Source of the DNA: a virus
Taxonomy: Duplodnaviria; Heunggongvirae; Uroviricota; Caudoviricetes
IMG/VR virus record: IMGVR_UViG_2711768052_000003
Location: 1 to 11,205 of that record
Reading direction: 5' to 3' (one strand)
DNA: 11,205 nt
The notes beneath the pieces were generated by a model. The model worked only from the letters and a program-made list of their open reading frames with translations, was not told where the DNA came from and did not search any database. The translations under genes were made by a program, and so were the position numbers. Numbering within the stretch: the first letter of the stretch is position 1; the number at the start of each line of letters is the position of its first letter. Below, one piece after another: positions 7,935-11,205 of this stretch.

Positions 7935-10037
7935 ATGAGAGCATATCATAATGACCAACCTATACTAGGCGGTCAAAATGATCCAGACTTACTAAATAGA
8001 CTTACCTTTGCAAATAATTTGGCAAATATTTTACTATTAAATAACGACGATGATTGTTTCACTGTATCTATAGAGGCTGAGTGGGGATATGGTAAAACGT
8101 CAGTCATAAATCTTATAAAAAATGCCTTAAATGAAAAGGACTCCTTACCCATTATAATAGAATATAATCCATGGTTGGCTGGCCAACCTGAATCCTTGAT
8201 TCAAGATTTTTTATTGCAGTTTTCTTCACAACTAAATATTAAAGACAAATCAAAAGTTGCATTAAAAGTATCAAAAGAGCTAATTGCATACTCTAGCCTC
8301 TTTAGTGCTGCTAAACTTATCCCTGGAGCAGAACCATGGGCATCTATCATAGAAAAATCTCTTTCAAGATTTGGACATGCTACTAAAAAAATAGCTGAGT
8401 TAAAAAAACTTGATCTTTTAGATAGAAAAAAACAAGTGGCTAATGCGATAAAAAAAATAAAACATCCTATAATTGTAATAATTGATGACATTGATCGTTT
8501 AACACCCTCTGAGGCTTTTCAAGTTTTACGGTTAGTCAAAGCTGTTGCGAATTTCTCAGGCACTTCTTTTTTACTTGCATTTGATCCTAATTACCTAATT
8601 TCTGTGCTTGATAAAAATAACATTATAAATCCGTCAGAATATATTAATAAGATTGTTCAACTTCGAGTTTCACTTCCCGTAATTTCAGAAAGAGGACTGA
8701 ATGAAATCGCAAATTCAGAGCTTGAAAAACTAGGTGATAGTTTTTTAACTGATAAATTTGAAAAAGATCAAGAAAGATTAGATTGGATTTACCATAATTA
8801 TTTCAAGCAATTAATTAATAATCCAAGAGAGTTGAAAAGGTTTTTCAACCACTTGAGATTTACTTTAGAGCAAATTAAAGGTCAGGTGTGTTCTTCAGAT
8901 CTTTTTTCTTTATCTCTAATCGCAACCAAATCAAATTTAATTTATGAGCATATAAAGAATACTCCTGAAGCGTACATTGGGAATAGATTAACCATCAATA
9001 ATTTGTTAATGAATAAACATCAAGATATTATAAAGCATTATAGCCATGAACGATGCAATAAACTAAATATTTTTTCTCAACGAGAACGTACATTGATGCA
9101 GGGGCTATTAGAGTATATTTTCCCTCTTCTACGCCCCAATCAATCTTATCCTTATGATGTATCTGATTCAGATGCAGCAGGAAGAATTTCTGCCCCCCAA
9201 AGACTTCATATTGCCCTTCATTTTAAAACTCCAGTAGGATATATTTCCGATCATGACATTCTTCTTTTCATCGAAGGGAAAATTAATAGAGAAAAATTCC
9301 TTGAGGATGTGTTATCTCAAAATGCCGAGGAAAGATTTTTCGAAATGATGAATATTTATACAGACGCTTGTTGTAAAGTTGATAGTTTTAATATATTAAC
9401 GTGCATTTATGATAGATTTCTTTTCTCTCAAGAGTTAAAATCTTCATTAGAAAAAAACTATGGTCTCATTAGAGAAGATTCTTATAGAAGGATGTATTGG
9501 CTCACTGATAAAATTATATCTGAAAGTAGTGAGCAATATGAGCTAATAAAAAAAATTATTGGTCGATATGAGAATGCGCCACTTGGAGCAGAAGTACTAT
9601 ACAACGTACGAAACTCAAGTAATATACAGATTAATAAAGATCAGATTGTTGAACTTGAGAATGTCTTCAAAGAAACAGCTACTATTGCTTTAAATAAAAA
9701 AATATTTTTTGACTATCATCTAGAATCAAATATATTTTTCGAATTAAAGAGAATCTCTGTTGAATTCACATCAGAATTTCTTGCTTCCATCTTATCAGAA
9801 GATGGCATAATTAGATTGTGTGAAATTATTGGTGAAACTGGTAGAGATTCAACGAATGGCCCTTATGTTATTTTTGACGAACATTATTTTGGGGAAATAC
9901 TTGATGTAGATGAGGTTAGAAATAAAGCTAAAAACATAGATATTTCAAAGCATCCGACTCGCATTCAAGCTGTACTTAAGAGCATTGCAGATGGAAAAAA
10001 ATATTATTTAAGAGATGCAACAATTAGCTTAAAATAG
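7935..10037 (+). CDS. KAP-family P-loop NTPase; candidate anti-phage/exclusion protein
   Basis: Walker A is AEWGYGKTS (8082-8102), followed by the KAP-typical NPW (IIIEYNPW), Walker B IIVIIDDIDRL (8472-8501), LLAFD, and an NPRELKRFFN motif (8820-8849). About 300 C-terminal residues carry no motif I recognise. The gene is strongly AT-rich against GC-rich flanks. The start is ambiguous: in-frame ATGs at 7902, 7923 and 7935, none with a strong SD (GGA 9 nt before 7935); the track ORF begins at TTG 7767. Confidence 0.7.
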   Translation: MRAYHNDQPILGGQNDPDLLNRLTFANNLANILLLNNDDDCFTVSIEAEWGYGKTSVINLIKNALNEKDSLPIIIEYNPWLAGQPESLIQDFLLQFSSQLNIKDKSKVALKVSKELIAYSSLFSAAKLIPGAEPWASIIEKSLSRFGHATKKIAELKKLDLLDRKKQVANAIKKIKHPIIVIIDDIDRLTPSEAFQVLRLVKAVANFSGTSFLLAFDPNYLISVLDKNNIINPSEYINKIVQLRVSLPVISERGLNEIANSELEKLGDSFLTDKFEKDQERLDWIYHNYFKQLINNPRELKRFFNHLRFTLEQIKGQVCSSDLFSLSLIATKSNLIYEHIKNTPEAYIGNRLTINNLLMNKHQDIIKHYSHERCNKLNIFSQRERTLMQGLLEYIFPLLRPNQSYPYDVSDSDAAGRISAPQRLHIALHFKTPVGYISDHDILLFIEGKINREKFLEDVLSQNAEERFFEMMNIYTDACCKVDSFNILTCIYDRFLFSQELKSSLEKNYGLIREDSYRRMYWLTDKIISESSEQYELIKKIIGRYENAPLGAEVLYNVRNSSNIQINKDQIVELENVFKETATIALNKKIFFDYHLESNIFFELKRISVEFTSEFLASILSEDGIIRLCEIIGETGRDSTNGPYVIFDEHYFGEILDVDEVRNKAKNIDISKHPTRIQAVLKSIADGKKYYLRDATISLK

Positions 10038-10262
10038 TGATAACAGGTGATTTATTTTATTATTTGAAGTGATGAAATATACTCTTCACTACATTTAATG
10101 CACTGATTATCAAATAGAGATAGGTGTCGCATGAAAGAGACTATTGATGTGGCACCGGTAGTCTCATTTCCGACATTACTCCAGAAGAGGTGATTCGTTA
10201 TTAATAGATAATTTTAACCACTTCGCTAGACGTATCATTTTTCGTTTGTTGCTCAAAACTCA

Positions 10263-10291
10263 TTGGCAGTTAAAGTCTGAACCAGTACAAC
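10263..10291 (+). promoter_or_regulatory. Putative sigma70-type promoter for ogr
   Basis: TTGGCA (10263-10268), a 17-bp spacer, then TACAAC (10286-10291), about 40 bp upstream of the ogr ATG. This is a by-eye match only. Confidence 0.25.
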
Positions 10292-10328
10292 TTAGAATGG
10301 CACCAACATTACGTTAAGGGAGGTCGCT

Positions 10329-10589
10329 ATGTTCCGTTGTCCGCTTTGTGGCGCATCTGCCCGTATCCGCACCAGTCGTCCGGAAAATGATTCAAACACC
10401 GTGCGGCAAAAGTATTACCAGTGTAACAATCTGGAATGCGGCGTATGCTTCTCAACACTGGAAGCTTTCCATAAATTCACATCGAAACACGCCTCCGGCG
10501 TTCACTCTTCAGAAGGTATCCCGTGGCATGAGCTGCCAGCTTCACACAGGGGAAACAATCAGATGAGTTTGCCTTTGCCTCAGAATTAA
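10329..10589 (+). CDS. ogr: Ogr/Delta-family zinc-finger late transcription activator
   Basis: The N-terminus MFRCPLCGASARIRTSR...YYQCNNLECGVCFSTLE has the CxxC...CxxxxC arrangement and resembles P2 Ogr as I recall it (MFHCPLC...RTSR...YHQC.N..C...F). AAGGGAGG RBS lies at 10316-10323. Confidence 0.85.
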   Translation: MFRCPLCGASARIRTSRPENDSNTVRQKYYQCNNLECGVCFSTLEAFHKFTSKHASGVHSSEGIPWHELPASHRGNNQMSLPLPQN

Positions 10590-10649
10590 CAGGCAGAATT
10601 GCCGGAGCAACAAAAAAGCGATAGATTACGCGCGGGTGCCTTTCGGCTG

Positions 10650-10862
10650 ATGGTCGGAGGGAATACCCGAAGGCCAGATGTGGAAAGGCCCCGGAAAACA
10701 TCTCTGTTTAACCGAGGCCCTAACCGCATTACCTTGACAAGTGAAAGGTTAGCGCCTCTCCGGAAAAGGAGCAAGTGCTATGTCGCAAAAATCGCTTACG
10801 GCCATCACGTTCTGTGTGACGGCAATCCTCATCATCTGGATGTTGCACGGTTCGCTGTGTGA
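10650..10862 (+). CDS. Possible mok-like overlapping leader ORF of the hok locus
   Basis: A 70-codon frame from ATG 10650 overlaps the 5' two-thirds of the hok-like ORF in another frame and ends inside it, as mok does in hok/sok loci. It has no strong SD, and the track ORF begins at TTG 10599. Confidence 0.3.
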   Translation: MVGGNTRRPDVERPRKTSLFNRGPNRITLTSERLAPLRKRSKCYVAKIAYGHHVLCDGNPHHLDVARFAV

Positions 10863-10920
10863 AATACGGATGAGCTTCTGGGGAGCGGAGTTTGCGGCGT
10901 TCTTACAGTGTAAGCAGTAA
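10780..10920 (+). CDS. Hok/Gef-family type I toxin (small membrane peptide)
   Basis: A 46-aa ORF, MSQKSLTAITFCVTAILIIWMLHGSLCEIRMSFWGAEFAAFLQCKQ, has an N-terminal hydrophobic helix and the SLCEIR...E.AAF motif, which aligns without gaps to Hok (…[21 protein letters not shown]…) and HokA as I recall them. AAAGGAG RBS at 10765-10771. It is below the length cutoff of the supplied ORF track. Confidence 0.7.
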   Translation: MSQKSLTAITFCVTAILIIWMLHGSLCEIRMSFWGAEFAAFLQCKQ

Positions 10921-11008
10921 GGAAACCGCGACGGGGGAGCTATCCCCCGTCAATCGGTTGCCAAGGTAGGGCCGGATAAGGCACCCTATCTCACAGATAT
11001 GAACAACA

Positions 11009-11041
11009 AACCCGCAGCGTAAAAACTGCGGGTTTTCTTTT
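11009..11041 (+). terminator. Rho-independent terminator, likely the 3' end of the hok-like transcript
   Basis: Stem ACCCGCAG (11009-11016), loop CGTAAAAA, stem CTGCGGGT (11025-11032), followed by TTTCTTTTT. Confidence 0.55.
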
Positions 11042-11205
11042 TGGTGCCCTCACCGACTTGAAACAGTGATCAGACTATAAGACAAAGCCCGCAATGTAGC
11101 GGGCTTACTCCCCTCACCCTACACTGAATGTGGACACACAGTGGAACGAAGAGGCATAAGATATTATAAATCAATCAGTTATTGAAAGAAAAAAGGCCGC
11201 AGAGC

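Noticed and set aside
8201-8491. 96-aa minus-strand ORF inside the KAP gene
   Set aside because: It is antisense to a motif-supported CDS in AT-rich DNA and is Ile/Phe/Lys-rich, typical of a spurious frame.
10734-10739. Perfect TTGACA -35 hexamer on the plus strand just upstream of hok
   Set aside because: No acceptable -10 hexamer follows at 16-18 bp spacing (CTCTCC/TCTCCG), and a promoter there would produce a leaderless hok mRNA unlike known hok loci.
10348-10774. ORFs overlapping ogr and the hok leader (10348-10566 +, 10477-10701 -, 10586-10774 -)
   Set aside because: They are alternative frames or antisense of ogr and the hok/mok leader. No RBS or motifs; a Sok-like antisense RNA would be non-coding and was not located.
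10921-11205. Possible tRNA or P2-type att core at the right edge
   Set aside because: I could not fold a cloverleaf or find tRNA-like T-arm or anticodon features, and I do not see the P2 att core as I recall it. The region is better explained as the hok 3' UTR, its terminator and a second hairpin (11085-11106).
1-11205. CRISPR array, IS element or integrase
   Set aside because: No direct-repeat/spacer periodicity, no terminal inverted repeats with a transposase ORF, and no tyrosine integrase ORF were seen. The only recombinase is the serine invertase.

Overview
This window reads as the late/tail region of a P2-like (Peduovirus-type) prophage in an enterobacterial genome, carrying one compositionally foreign cargo gene that is the best candidate for a novel system. 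All calls are from reading the sequence and recalling protein families and motifs; no searches were run. Left to right: a truncated gix/hix-type crossover site at the window edge (1-21); a Gin/Pin/Hin/Cin-family serine invertase (76-675, +); then on the minus strand the tail genes U, T (tape measure), E with its -1 frameshift extension E', FII (tube) and FI (sheath) (704-6279); then on the plus strand D (6437-7546), a ~2.4 kb AT-rich insert encoding a single KAP-family P-loop NTPase (7935-10037), the zinc-finger late activator ogr (10329-10589), and a hok/mok-like type I toxin locus (10650-11041) that the ORF track misses. Two things stand out. First, the KAP NTPase sits as isolated low-GC cargo exactly between D and ogr, which makes it a candidate single-gene anti-phage or exclusion system. 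Second, the FI-to-U block is inverted relative to D and ogr compared with the canonical colinear P2 order, and it lies next to the invertase. No rRNA, tRNA, CRISPR array or IS element was recognised.
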